Of a stretch of 64,000 nucleotides of DNA, positions 51,695 to 63,000 are shown one piece after another (position 1 is the stretch's first letter; every line of letters starts with the position of its first letter). The notes beneath the pieces are model-generated. The model worked only from the letters and a program-made list of their open reading frames with translations, did no database searches and had not been told where the DNA came from. The stretch is taken from positions 1-64,000 of the forward strand of contig JAZGAD010000012.1 in assembly GCA_036444275.1 (NCBI GenBank). Direction: 5' to 3'. The translations under genes and the position numbers were made by a program. The stretch comes from Candidatus Hydrothermarchaeales archaeon. GTDB taxonomy: Archaea; Hydrothermarchaeota; Hydrothermarchaeia; Hydrothermarchaeales; JAZGAD01.

Positions 51695-53589
51695 ACGTGC
51701 TTTACATGAGGGAATTCGTCCACCATGTGTGGGAAGTGCATAGCCTGTATGAACTCTGTCTGAAAATCTGGATCAACGGTGAGCTCTATGTAATGTATCC
51801 TCCTAGCCAGATCATTGGCTTCTTCCCTCTTTTTCTTGTTTATGAGGGCTATCCTTGCTCCATCGCCAGCTGCATTCCCAACGGCAAGGACATTTTTCAA
51901 GTCACAGTCCGGGTATAAGCCGATTACCATTGCAGCTTCCTTGTCGATATAGTTCCCAAAGGCGCCAGCTAGGAGCACTTTGTCGACTTTGTCAGTGCCG
52001 TAATGCTTCATCAGAATCTTGGAGCCAGCGTACATAGCACCCTTACCAAGTTGAATAGCTCTTACATCGCCGAGGGTTATGCTTATCTCCTTCCCGGTAG
52101 CACTCTCCTTCTTACCGACTAGCACGAATTCTGGCCCCTCTTTACCCTTCTTGAGCCTCGGTGTATCTATCTCAGTATTGAAGGTTCCATTCTTCCTTAT
52201 AATCCCAGCCTTAAACATCTCTGCTACTCCATCTATTATACCAGAACCGCATATTCCACGAGGCTTCACAATGTCTTCGTCGTCTCCTAGGACTTTGAAT
52301 TGCACCTCATAGTCGGGGTTTATCGTCAAGTGCTCTATGGCTCCTGGAGCCGCGCGCATCCCATGCTTTATATGTGCACCTTCAAAAGCCGGACCAGTTG
52401 CACAGGAAGTGGACAGCAATTTATCCTTGTTTCCAAGGACGATCTCGCCATTGGTGCCTATATCTATAGTTAAGACTACTTTGGACTGCTTATACGGCTC
52501 GGTAGCTATAAGGACACCCACATTGTCAGCGCCTACGAAGCCTGCCTCTATCGGGAGCATGTGGACATTAGCTCCTCTTCCAATCCCTAGTCCCAGTTCT
52601 CTGGCTTTGAGGTCGTAGGAATGATGTATCACGGGTGGAAAAGGCGACAGACCAACGAACTCTGGGTTGAGTCTGAGGAATATGTGGTGCATCGCAGTGT
52701 TGCCCACGACAGTCATCTCTAAGATATCTTCCTGGGATATGCCTATTGCTCCTGCTGTGTTTGCCGCTATCTTATTCAGTCCTTCTATGATAGCAGAGTG
52801 CATCTTCTCTAAGCCATCGTCGTGGGTCATGGCATACGTAATACGGGACATGACATCTTCACCAAAGGCTACTTGGGGATTCATCATGGAATCCAGCGCA
52901 ACTACCTCGCCTGTGTTGATATCGGTAAGATAACCCGCCACAGTGGTTGTGCCGATATCTACAGCTAGCCCATAGCTCTTTTCCACAAGCCCCGGCTGAA
53001 CCGCTATTATCTTATCGCCCCAGGTAGTGACGGTAACCTTCCATTCGCCTTTCCTCAGTACACTTGGGAGCGCCTTCAAAATATCGTAGTCTACGTTCAG
53101 CTTCTCTAGTCCATGTACCTTTTCGAGCTCCCTCGTCAGGCGCTCTAGATCACCTGTAGGATCATCGAGTTTTGCAGGCTCTAATTCCACATAGTACTTC
53201 CGTATCACTGGATCGATGTCTATCACTATCTTTCTAGCCCCTTTCCTTACTATCTGCTTACCCCCCCGGCTCTCCTCAGGGACAAAGAGGAGGATATCGC
53301 CAATAACCTTCGCGGCACAGGAAAGCCTATAATTAGACGCGATTTCTTCTGCTTTCAGCTTCTTTTTTTCCCCTTCCTCAAGCTTAGATAGATTAGCCGA
53401 CCTAGAGTCTATGCCGTATTTCTCGAAAAAGCCCTCTTGAATCACGATCTTGCATTTGCCGCAGGTTTGTTTGCCCCCGCAGATGGATTCTATCTCAACA
53501 CCCAGCTCATGGGCCGCATCTCTGATACTCGTCCCTTCTTCCACCAAGCCTCTTCTTCCAGAGGGCTGGAATATCACAGTATACTCCAT
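51688..53589 (-). CDS. ATP-dependent corrinoid reductive activator (2Fe-2S + ASKHA; RACo/RamA-like)
   Basis: CGGKQTCGKC...RLSC ferredoxin; DIGTTT, FGEDVMSRI, DIGTNGE, GICGSG, AGAFG, GNAAG. Confidence 0.92.
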   Translation of the reverse strand: MEYTVIFQPSGRRGLVEEGTSIRDAAHELGVEIESICGGKQTCGKCKIVIQEGFFEKYGIDSRSANLSKLEEGEKKKLKAEEIASNYRLSCAAKVIGDILLFVPEESRGGKQIVRKGARKIVIDIDPVIRKYYVELEPAKLDDPTGDLERLTRELEKVHGLEKLNVDYDILKALPSVLRKGEWKVTVTTWGDKIIAVQPGLVEKSYGLAVDIGTTTVAGYLTDINTGEVVALDSMMNPQVAFGEDVMSRITYAMTHDDGLEKMHSAIIEGLNKIAANTAGAIGISQEDILEMTVVGNTAMHHIFLRLNPEFVGLSPFPPVIHHSYDLKARELGLGIGRGANVHMLPIEAGFVGADNVGVLIATEPYKQSKVVLTIDIGTNGEIVLGNKDKLLSTSCATGPAFEGAHIKHGMRAAPGAIEHLTINPDYEVQFKVLGDDEDIVKPRGICGSGIIDGVAEMFKAGIIRKNGTFNTEIDTPRLKKGKEGPEFVLVGKKESATGKEISITLGDVRAIQLGKGAMYAGSKILMKHYGTDKVDKVLLAGAFGNYIDKEAAMVIGLYPDCDLKNVLAVGNAAGDGARIALINKKKREEANDLARRIHYIELTVDPDFQTEFIQAMHFPHMVDEFPHVKHVW

Positions 53590-53674
53590 ACATTCTTCTT
53601 TAGCTTACCTTATTAAAGTTTTAATCCCCTATTTCAAAGCTAATTTTAAGTTTAAATCAGGATATTAAAACAAG

Positions 53675-53830
53675 TGCGGACTTGATCCGGGCAGAAAGTC
53701 TCGATAACCCAAACCGAAGTTCAAGTTAGCGGTTCTTTCGTACAAATCCTTACTCCGAAGAGTAACTGATTTGCCGTCCCATCCCTTATCATTGACAAGA
53801 AGATGTTCACAACTCGATCCAAATCCGCAG
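53675..53830 (-). ncRNA. Unidentified structured RNA (~155 nt)
   Basis: Closing stem UGCGGAUUUGG/UCAAGUCCGCA, three internal hairpins, two with C(UUCG)G tetraloops; G-U pairs only on the minus strand; GAAAA-TTATAAATA promoter ~23 nt upstream; T-run downstream. Confidence 0.7.
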
Positions 53831-53909
53831 TATAATATAGTATCTTGAGATATTTATAATTTTCTATAGATGCCCATATAGCCGCCGCGCTACGGCATAG
53901 AAGATGATA

Positions 53910-55502
53910 TTATTGGAGTGCAACTTTTCTCTCCTTAAGTCTTTCATCTACGTCGCTACCGAGCATGCAAGGCGGTCTAGGAATCTTGACAAAGAGCGGG
54001 ACGTCGAAGAGCTCATAGTCCACCAATTTATCCCCTTTTCCAAACCTCCTAATTTTGCCCTTGATCTCCTCTGAGAACTTCTTGTAGAGGAGGTCTCCAA
54101 GTTCAGCTCCCTTGGTCTTGCCATAGATGTCTGTAGAGACATTTCCTATGATGTTCTGATTCACCCTCGACTTGAATTGTTCAGCTCCAAACAAGGCCAT
54201 TCCAATGCTCCTGCCCCTAGCGCTTATATCTACCAATCTAGCCTTGAGGGAGGCAACATCAGGCGATGCGTGAGCCGGTGCATACTTGTTTAATTCGTCC
54301 ATGAATATTATTAGTTTGTCCACCCTGAGCTTCTTGGCTTCTAAGCGCCCTATGAATTCAGTGATCACCTTCTCGAAGACCAGCTTCCTCGGATAGAAAC
54401 CGAGTTGTTGTATATCCACAACCCACACTTCTCTATCCTCCAAGTCATCGTAAGGCAGCTCCAGCACCTCGTCGGCATAGCTTGTTATCAGGCCGCCGTA
54501 CTTGGATTCCAGTCCCTTGAGTTGGTTGTAGAGTTTTCCCCAAGTGGCTTTGTAGCTGCCTTTGACTAGCTCTGTCCACGCCCTGTCGTCTGATAGGAGT
54601 TCTTCCCGCATAAAGTTCAGGATCTGGGAGAAAGAAGTTAGTCTCCTGTCTTTGGACATCCTCTTCAAGTCATAAAAAGCTGTATCCAGCTTCTCCTTCT
54701 GGTCCTGGTCTCCAGCTTTCAGCAGTGATGGAATGAAGTCTTCTACTTCTAAGTAGCCCCATCTGAAGGGTTCTACCTGCTTTCGCAACGACCTTGCCCC
54801 AGATAATATGTCTAGAGGGGCGAAGAATCTAGCTTTAAAGGCATTCGGTTCTATCCCACAGTTACTGTATACCTCCAGGTCCTCTATTGTAAGCCTCGAT
54901 GAATCCATATCCACGTATAACAGGTCATCGCTCTTTATATTGAATAAAATACATGCCACTTTGGATTTCGAGTGGGTGAAGATAGAGCTCAGAAGGAACA
55001 GTACAGTTGAGGTCTTCGTGCCGAGGCCAGACATCCCTGAGATGTTGATATGTGCCCCTTCATATCCTAAGATGTAGTTCTCGTCTATACGCACCGGTAT
55101 TCTAGCTCCATCGGTGTTGATGAATACACCAACAGGGATATCACATCCCTCTAGGTTGAAGAGTTCTTCTAGTTCCTTTTTTGAGGGATAATAGACCTTT
55201 CCATGCCTTAGAGGCCTGTCCAGGTCCTGCTTCAGTACCCTTGCTTTGCATACTATGACCGACTGCTCCTCGTTAGGAATCTTGAGTGCTGGATCGCCTC
55301 CTCTGGAGAGTTGATGCATCAGGAAGTCCTCTACCTCTGAGTAGCTCTCCATAGCCTCAATAGCTCCGTAAACTTGTTTACCGTCAGCATCCACCCTAAC
55401 TACAGAGCCTACCGCTACAGTATCCTCCTCATTGGGAATCCAGAAATGAAACTCCTCAGGCGTATTCGGCCTGTTCTTGGTTCCAACTACTGTCCCGATC
55501 AT
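53910..55502 (-). CDS. HerA-family (HAS-barrel + DUF87) ATPase
   Basis: N-terminal beta-barrel, HINISGMSGLGTKTS Walker A variant, IIFMDELNKYAP Walker B, RGRSIG. Confidence 0.85.
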   Translation of the reverse strand: MIGTVVGTKNRPNTPEEFHFWIPNEEDTVAVGSVVRVDADGKQVYGAIEAMESYSEVEDFLMHQLSRGGDPALKIPNEEQSVIVCKARVLKQDLDRPLRHGKVYYPSKKELEELFNLEGCDIPVGVFINTDGARIPVRIDENYILGYEGAHINISGMSGLGTKTSTVLFLLSSIFTHSKSKVACILFNIKSDDLLYVDMDSSRLTIEDLEVYSNCGIEPNAFKARFFAPLDILSGARSLRKQVEPFRWGYLEVEDFIPSLLKAGDQDQKEKLDTAFYDLKRMSKDRRLTSFSQILNFMREELLSDDRAWTELVKGSYKATWGKLYNQLKGLESKYGGLITSYADEVLELPYDDLEDREVWVVDIQQLGFYPRKLVFEKVITEFIGRLEAKKLRVDKLIIFMDELNKYAPAHASPDVASLKARLVDISARGRSIGMALFGAEQFKSRVNQNIIGNVSTDIYGKTKGAELGDLLYKKFSEEIKGKIRRFGKGDKLVDYELFDVPLFVKIPRPPCMLGSDVDERLKERKVALQ

Positions 55503-55511
55503 GGTATCGCC

Positions 55512-56528
55512 TCAGATAGCTCGAAGGGTCGCCTTCAAGTGCCGAATGGATGGGATCTGGGTTCGCAGGTAGTCCTCGCAGATTTGAATCGGGTATATTT
55601 GCCTGTCCCACCTAGAGCAGTTGGCGCGTATGCACTTCTCAGCTATCAGCCAAGAAGAGAATTTGTCAGCCGAGATCGTTGGTCCAGTATATTCAACCCT
55701 CAAGAGCCCCATTTCAGGATAATGGGGCGCATGAATCCGCAGGTAGAAAGAATTCACCTTGTATCTAGGGGTACCTTCCCTCAGTTGCATGGAGAAGACC
55801 ATGCTCCGGTAGTACTCGGGCATGCTCCATACCATCTGTTGGATCTCGGGGTACGCCTCTTGGAGATATATTGTAGCATGCGTCTTTATCACGCCCACTA
55901 CCTGTTCTGTCTTCATAGAGCCGAAGATATTGCCATCTTTAATGAGCACGTCCCCCCTAGGCTGTTCAGCGATGAACCTGTGCATCAGGTCATGCTCTAT
56001 TTCCTGTCGCAGCGCCCTTGACTTTATCATAGCCTTGCTCCTGATTTCGTTGAGGTCCCAGCATTTATCAGCTCCTGTATCAGCTAGACCCTCGATGTCT
56101 CCCCATGCCTCGTAGAGAAAGCTTGGTACTAAGATCTTGTTCCTGTAGAGAGCTTTTAGGGGTGCGAATTTATCGCAGTGCCTTCTATGCATTATCACTG
56201 CGCCTGAGAAATGGAGGAAAATAGGCACCTTGAATCCATTGAAGTCGTAGTGCTTCCAGAGCACGGTCCTCTGCACGCCGTCCATGAAGTAACTGAGCTT
56301 GCTCTCACCGCGGTATCCATCTTGTACCCTGTGTACGCCTGGGATCTCTAGAGGCTGGACCTCTATATTCTCAGGTAGATGCAGGCTACTGGGGAATTCT
56401 TGCAACTCTAGCTCCATAAACACAGTAGGGCTAAGACTGTCAGAGGTGGCTCTTTCGAATTCCCTAGCGCTCTCAAACCAATCCATCCTTCTTTCCATGA
56501 ACCATAACCCTTTTGCCGATGGTATCAT
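55512..56528 (-). CDS. NurA-like (RNase H/PIWI-fold) nuclease
   Basis: YFMDGVQRT, LIKDGNI, VGVIKTH, FYLR, PIQICEDYL; operonic with the HerA-like ATPase. Confidence 0.75.
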   Translation of the reverse strand: MIPSAKGLWFMERRMDWFESAREFERATSDSLSPTVFMELELQEFPSSLHLPENIEVQPLEIPGVHRVQDGYRGESKLSYFMDGVQRTVLWKHYDFNGFKVPIFLHFSGAVIMHRRHCDKFAPLKALYRNKILVPSFLYEAWGDIEGLADTGADKCWDLNEIRSKAMIKSRALRQEIEHDLMHRFIAEQPRGDVLIKDGNIFGSMKTEQVVGVIKTHATIYLQEAYPEIQQMVWSMPEYYRSMVFSMQLREGTPRYKVNSFYLRIHAPHYPEMGLLRVEYTGPTISADKFSSWLIAEKCIRANCSRWDRQIYPIQICEDYLRTQIPSIRHLKATLRAI

Positions 56529-57003
56529 TAAACTTGTCCTAGGGCGGCTGAAAAGTGAAAAGTAATAAACATGAACGATAAAAATAGAAAAACATGGGCT
56601 TTTCGACCGAAATAAACGGAATCAATATCCAAAATAAACGAACCTTGAGGGGTAATAAGAGTGGTTGTAAAATTATATATTGCTCTAAATAGCATGTATA
56701 CTAGACGTTGAGACTCATGAAAAATCCTTCAATCCAATATACTTCTCAAATCCGAAATAAGTTGCAAATAGAAATCCCTTATTCAAGGATTATCGGGGGA
56801 GTATAGAATGAGAAATATAATCCACTTGGGATCGATACAACCCCTGAGGAGGTTCAATGGCTGCTTGTTCAGCGGTGAGGATGTTCCGGAGCTGGATGTC
56901 TCCCTTAACACTGACAACTATCCTACCCAAGAGTTCTCTGTAGCCAGACCTATGTATCAAAAGGGACCCGTGCCGACCATAAAGTTAGTTGGGGAGTAGA
57001 AAC

Positions 57004-60000
57004 ATGGAGTTTAGATATAGTGTAGCCTTCGTCATCTTGATTCCCACCCTCATATTTGGTCTCATGTATTATGCCTCTCTGCCTCCAGGGGTTCAGGGTG
57101 ATGTGGGTCGTGCTGTTGAGCGTCCTATTATATTGGAGGCTGCTGTTGAGCCTTTCAAGGTTCTCCCGGGAGACACTATGTTGGTCACGGCAGAAGTGGC
57201 TGATGATGTAGGAATAGCGGGTGTGATGGCTGATATGGGTGGTATTGAGTCTATTGATCTCGTTTTGGTTAATGGCACGATTCATCGGGGTGTTTGGCGG
57301 GGTGAGTGGTTTGTGCATGATACCGAGGTCAGGGAGTATAATGCGACTATCACGGCGGTAAACATCCTGGGAGAAAGCACTTCTCAAAACGTCGCCTGGT
57401 CCGACCCCATTGAGAACCTTTCTGCAACTGTAGAAACTCTCTACGTGCTCACCTCCCAGATGAGCATTACGGGATGCACTCTTACAACCGAGAGGGAAAG
57501 CCACGGCCCCAGTGATAACATCTCTGCATCGGTTGATGGAAAATGGGTTTCAGCCGGCTGCAGGTGGGAGTTTGAGATGGATAATGCAACGCTGACCGAC
57601 AACACCTTTGTCAGTGCAAATATAACCATAAGGCATTATGCATCCTCGGGGTACGACAATGATATAGCATTACTGCAGTACTCGATGGACGGTGGTCTGA
57701 ACTGGGATATTCTGGAGACGTTTAATTCCTCGAATCCCATTCCCTTAACACCCATCACGAAGACCTATGCCGCTCCCCTGATAACTTCCTGGGAGCATGT
57801 AAGCAATACTATAGTCCGCCTAGTTGCTGAGGAGAAGACGGGCGGCGTTGACACTTGGACATGGTATGTTGATTTCATAAAGCTCGATGTCAACTTTAGT
57901 CAGACCGCCCCTCTTGCCAAGAGAGTCTTCCATGTTCACGACGGCCAGGTGAGCAGCAATCTTACATCCGGTAGCGGGAAAGGGCATGCCCGCTCAGCCA
58001 TAATAGTCTGGAATCGCAACGACACAAGTATGAGCTTCACGAACATCAGCGATACCTACAGAGACCCCATCATCAACTCCCTTAACGGCTCCAGTCCACT
58101 AGGTGCTACCCTCTCCGGCAACAAGACAGTGGCATGGGCATCTCAGAGCATCTCTGCAAAGAATCTCAGCGTCTTTTCTTACTACTGGTACCGCACAACG
58201 ACCAGTTACCCCGGCGGGAATGTAACCACCAACGCGACCGATGATGAGGGAAGCGGTAAAAGGATTTATGGAGATATAAATACCTCAGCTGGTCCTGCAG
58301 CAAACATAATCACGCAAATCCAGGACAATATATCTATGAGATGGGACTATGGGGTGTGGAATGTCATCCAGAACAAAACCAGGAACTTTTCCATACGCCT
58401 TGCTACGTGGCAGTGCTCGGCATCACTGAGTACCAGCACTACCCCTGTGCTCTGGGTCAGGGTTCCCGGGGGATGGAGCAACGTAAGTGGCGCAGGCTGG
58501 ACGATCTTCGGAAGCGTCGACGAAGGCTGGACATTGAGCAGGAGGGATATGCCTGATGCCTTTAACGATACTAGCTGTGGCAACGGTGCCTACTCAACGG
58601 ATTGGAATTTCACCGCAACCTCTCCCTCAGTATCTGAAGCCACCCCCTACGTATTTGACACAAGGCTTGACTACACTGACAGCAATAGCAGGATTCACCA
58701 TACAGTTGGGGAGCACCTCGTCCAAGTTGTCATAGATGCTGAGAAGCCTACGTTTGACGGTAATACGGCTATAAACACTACTGTTGCGGGTAGTGGTGGT
58801 GTGGTGAAGCTTAATGAGACCGTCAACGACAACGTGGGGGTTGAGAGTGTCTGGTTTACGGTGAACGGCACCAATTATACCTTCAACGGCTCCTCTGGCA
58901 ATGAGTACTATTTGCTGTGGACTTGCAGCGCCAATGAAAATTATTCTTGGAGTGCGATATATGCCAAGGATTACGCGGACAACTTCAACAGCGCTACGGT
59001 TGACCCGGCTTTGAATTGGACCTGCGACTTAACACCGCCCACCGTGGCAAATACCAGTGTCGACCTGACCAGTGTCCCCCGTGATACCCTGATTTGTGTG
59101 AATCACACCGCCAACGATACCTGGGGTAGTTTGAATGAGACTTGGGTCATGATCACCTATCCGGGTGCTGAGAATACTTCGAACTTCACTACCAGCGACA
59201 CGGGCCCGTACTGTGCTGGTGAGGCTGACGACGGCTGGTACGGCACAGAGATCAACGTGGGCAACACGCCGGGCAATTTGACTGTAAATACGTCTTACGC
59301 CAACGACACCGTGGCCAACCTCGGATTCCAAACTCCATTTCCAAACCTAACCGTGGAGGTAATCGGCGTCATGGTGCCCTCTATTAGAGTCTACAGGGAG
59401 CAACCCACCTACGTTGGACCAGACAAGAATATGAGCATCAGATTCTTCATCTGGAACGATTTAAATGCGACGCGCGGCACTGACAGCACGACCCTCATAG
59501 AAGACTACGACGATGCTTGGAGTGGTATTGACCCCTGCTGCGGGGGCACTGACAACGGAACGCACGTCATCTGGAACTTGGGTTCTTTGGGTATAGACGA
59601 CGTGACCACCGTCTACTACAACATTACTGCTAACACAGAGCAAGGGACCTTCTCGGCATATACGAATTACACTTACGGTGTTAACTGGAACGAGACTACG
59701 CCGGACTCCTACAACACCAGCGTCTCCAGCGGCGGTGCATACTTCGATGCGGAGCTTGACTTGATAGCTGGAGGTATGTTGGATAGGACTATTTCGAATG
59801 GCACCAACTACACCGCGAGAATCACCCTCAAGAACATAGGAAATGCTTCCACCGACTACTATATGGTTCAGTACTACTGGATATTCAATAAGTCCGGCTG
59901 GAATGTCTCTGTCCTCTCAGGTTGCGATCAGTCTAAAGTATTCGACTACAACTCTAGCCATAAGGCTCTGGAATGCAACATCACTTCCCGCATCAACCCC

Positions 60001-63000
60001 GGGGAAAGCGTATCCTTCACATTCAACGTGAACTCTACCGCACTGGGTCACACCGAGGCAGTGATATCAAATGCTACATACGATCCACCCGTGGCCTCTG
60101 AGGCTTCGGTGGGAGAACCTTCGCTTGATCATGGAGATATGAAAATCAAGGTTGTCTCCACAGGGTTAGAGATTGATGGAGGGAGGGGCAAGCCGTTTAA
60201 TTCCGTATTCATACTCCTGCTGGCCGTCTTCTTACTCTTCAGTGTAACCTTAGGGATTATCGATAGAGGGGATGCAGAGTTTAGCTATGGCGTTGTTTTC
60301 GCTATCTTGGTCCCTACTATTGTCTTTGGTTTTATGTACTATTCCTTGGATTCGGGGGTTCAGGGTGAGGTCGGTCGTGCTGTTGAGCGTCCTATTATAG
60401 TGGAGGCTGGTGTTGAGCCTGTCAAGGTTCTCCCAGGAGATACTATGTTGGTTACGGCGGAAGTGATTGATGATGTAGGAATAGCGGGTGTGACGGCTGA
60501 TATGGGGGGAATTGAGTCTATTGTTCTCGCTTTGGTTAATGGCACGATTAATCGGGGTGTTTGGCGGGGTGAGTGGCTTGTGCATGATACTGAGGTTAGG
60601 GGGTATAATGCGACTATCACGGCGGTAAACATCTTGGGAGAAAGCACTTCTCAAAACGTCGCCTGGTTAGATACACCTGACCCCCCGGAGGTCTTCCACA
60701 TCCATGATAACTACTTCGACAATGACGTTAATCCACCAAGGGGGGGTGGCGCTGGCAATGGATTTTTCAGGGTCATCATCCTCCTCTGGAACAACAACTC
60801 AGGAAGCACCACTTACACAAACATCAATGACACCTACACTTACCCCACCAGAGACCTCATCGATGCTCTGGTAAACTCTTCGCCCACCGCGCAACGCATC
60901 CCAAGCAGTGTCTACTGGACGAGCCAGCAGTATACCGTATCTGCTAAAAACTTCAGCCTTTTCAGATATGACTGGCAAATGAAGAGAAGGCCGGAACCGA
61001 GCGCCGAATCTATAGAGGCGAGTGCCACTGACAACGGCGGCGAATCGACCACGGTGTCTTACGGAAACATAATTGCTCCAGGTGGTCCTGCAGCGTATAT
61101 TATAACCCAGATCAACGGTAGTGAACAAGGATTCGGATACGGGGTGTGGGACGTGATGGGAGGCAGCTCCAGGGATTACTCAATAAGATTGGAATCGCCA
61201 GTATGCACGTCAGCGTTGGATACCAGTGCATGCACTCCTGACCTGACGGTGAGGATCCCCGGCGTCTGGAACATAACAGATTGGCCGGGATGGGCAAAGA
61301 CCGGAAGTGAGATTAATGGCTGGACCCTGACTAGGACGGACATGCCGAATGGCTTCAACGACTCGGTCTGCGGCTCGCCATCACAGTATTCCACCGACTC
61401 AGGCTTGGGTTGGACACCAACGGATTGGAGTTTTACGGCGATTGCACCTTCTCCCCCCACTACCAGCAGATACGTCTTCAATACGACCCTGCAATATTGC
61501 GATGACCAAACTCAAACCCACGACACTGTTGGGGAACACCTCGTCCAGGTTGCTCCGGATACCGAGGCGCCTAGTTTTGGCAACCAGGCCGGTGTTAATG
61601 CTACTATTGCTGGTAGTAATAAGGTGGTGAAGCTTAACGAGAGCGTCAGCGACAACGTGGGGGTTGAGAGTGTCTTGTTCACGGTGAACGATTACAATTA
61701 TACATTCAACGGCTCCTCGGGCAGTGAGTTTTATTTGTTGTGGACCTGTAGCGCCAATGAAAATTACTCTTGGAGTGCGATTTATGCTATTGATAGCTCG
61801 AACAACTTGAATGGTTCCATATCTGGTTTGCCTTTGAATTGGACTTGTGACGTGACAGCGCCTAGTGTGGGGAATACGAGTGTCGACCTGACCAATGCCT
61901 TCGCTGGTACTGTGGTGTGTGTGAATCATACTGCTAGTGATATTGGGGGTAGTTTGAATGAGACTTGGGTCATGATCACCTACCCAAATGGCGATACTTC
62001 AAACCGCAACACTAATGATACTGGTGTGTGGTGTGCTGGTGAAGCTGATGATGGCTGGTACGGCAAGGAGATCAATGTTGGTGGTTCGGAGGGTAATTTG
62101 ACTGTGAATACGTCTTACGCCAACGACACCGCGGGTAACTTGGGGGTCCAAACTCCCTTCCCAAACCTAACCATAGAGGTAGTGGGGGATGCTGAGGCGC
62201 CTACGTTTGGCAACGATCCGGGTAGGAATGCTACTATTGTTGGTAATGGTAGTGTGGTAAAGCTTAATGAGACCGTCAACGACACTGGGGTGGGGGTAGA
62301 CATTGTCTTGTTCACGGTGAACGGCACCAACTACACCTACACGAACTCCTCTGGTGATGAGTTTTATTTGCTGTGGACTTGCAACGATAATAGCAACTAT
62401 TCTTGGAGTGCGATTTATGCTAATGATAGTGCTGGTAACTTGAATGGTTCCATATCTGGCTTGCCTTTGAATTGGACGTGTGACGTGACACCGCCTACCG
62501 TGGGGAATACGAGTGTAAACGCGACCAGTGTACTTGCCGACAGTGTGGTGTGTGTGAATCATACTGCTAGTGATATTGGGGGTGTTTTGAATGAGACTTG
62601 GGTCATGATCACTGATCAAAATGGCGATACTTCGAACGTCCTTACTAATGATACTGGTGTGTGGTGTGCTGGTGGGGTTGGTGATGGCTGGTACGGCGAG
62701 GAGATCAATGTTGGTGGTTCGGAGGGTAATTTGACTGTGAATACGTCGTATGCTAATGATAGTGCGGGTAACTTGGGGGTCGATCCCGCCTTCCCGAACT
62801 TAACTGTAGAGGTAACGGTCGAGGAGGATAATGAGGCGCCTACGTTTGGCAACGTGACCGGTGTTAACGTCACCATCGCTGGTAGTGGTGGTGTGGTTAA
62901 GCTTAACGAAACTGTCAGCGACAACGTGGGGGTAAACGTCACCTTGTTCACGGTGAATGGCTTCAATTATACTGCCAACAGCTCCGATGGCGAGAAATAT

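Noticed and set aside
53675-53830. Identification of the structured RNA as RNase P, SRP, 5S or a group I intron
   Set aside because: A plus-strand GCAGAAAGTC resembles RNase P CR-I, but that strand folds with A-C mismatches. The length and other conserved motifs do not fit any of these families.
56808-56999. 63-aa ORF upstream of the giant gene
   Set aside because: It has a plausible RBS but no recognisable features, so I cannot support it as a gene.
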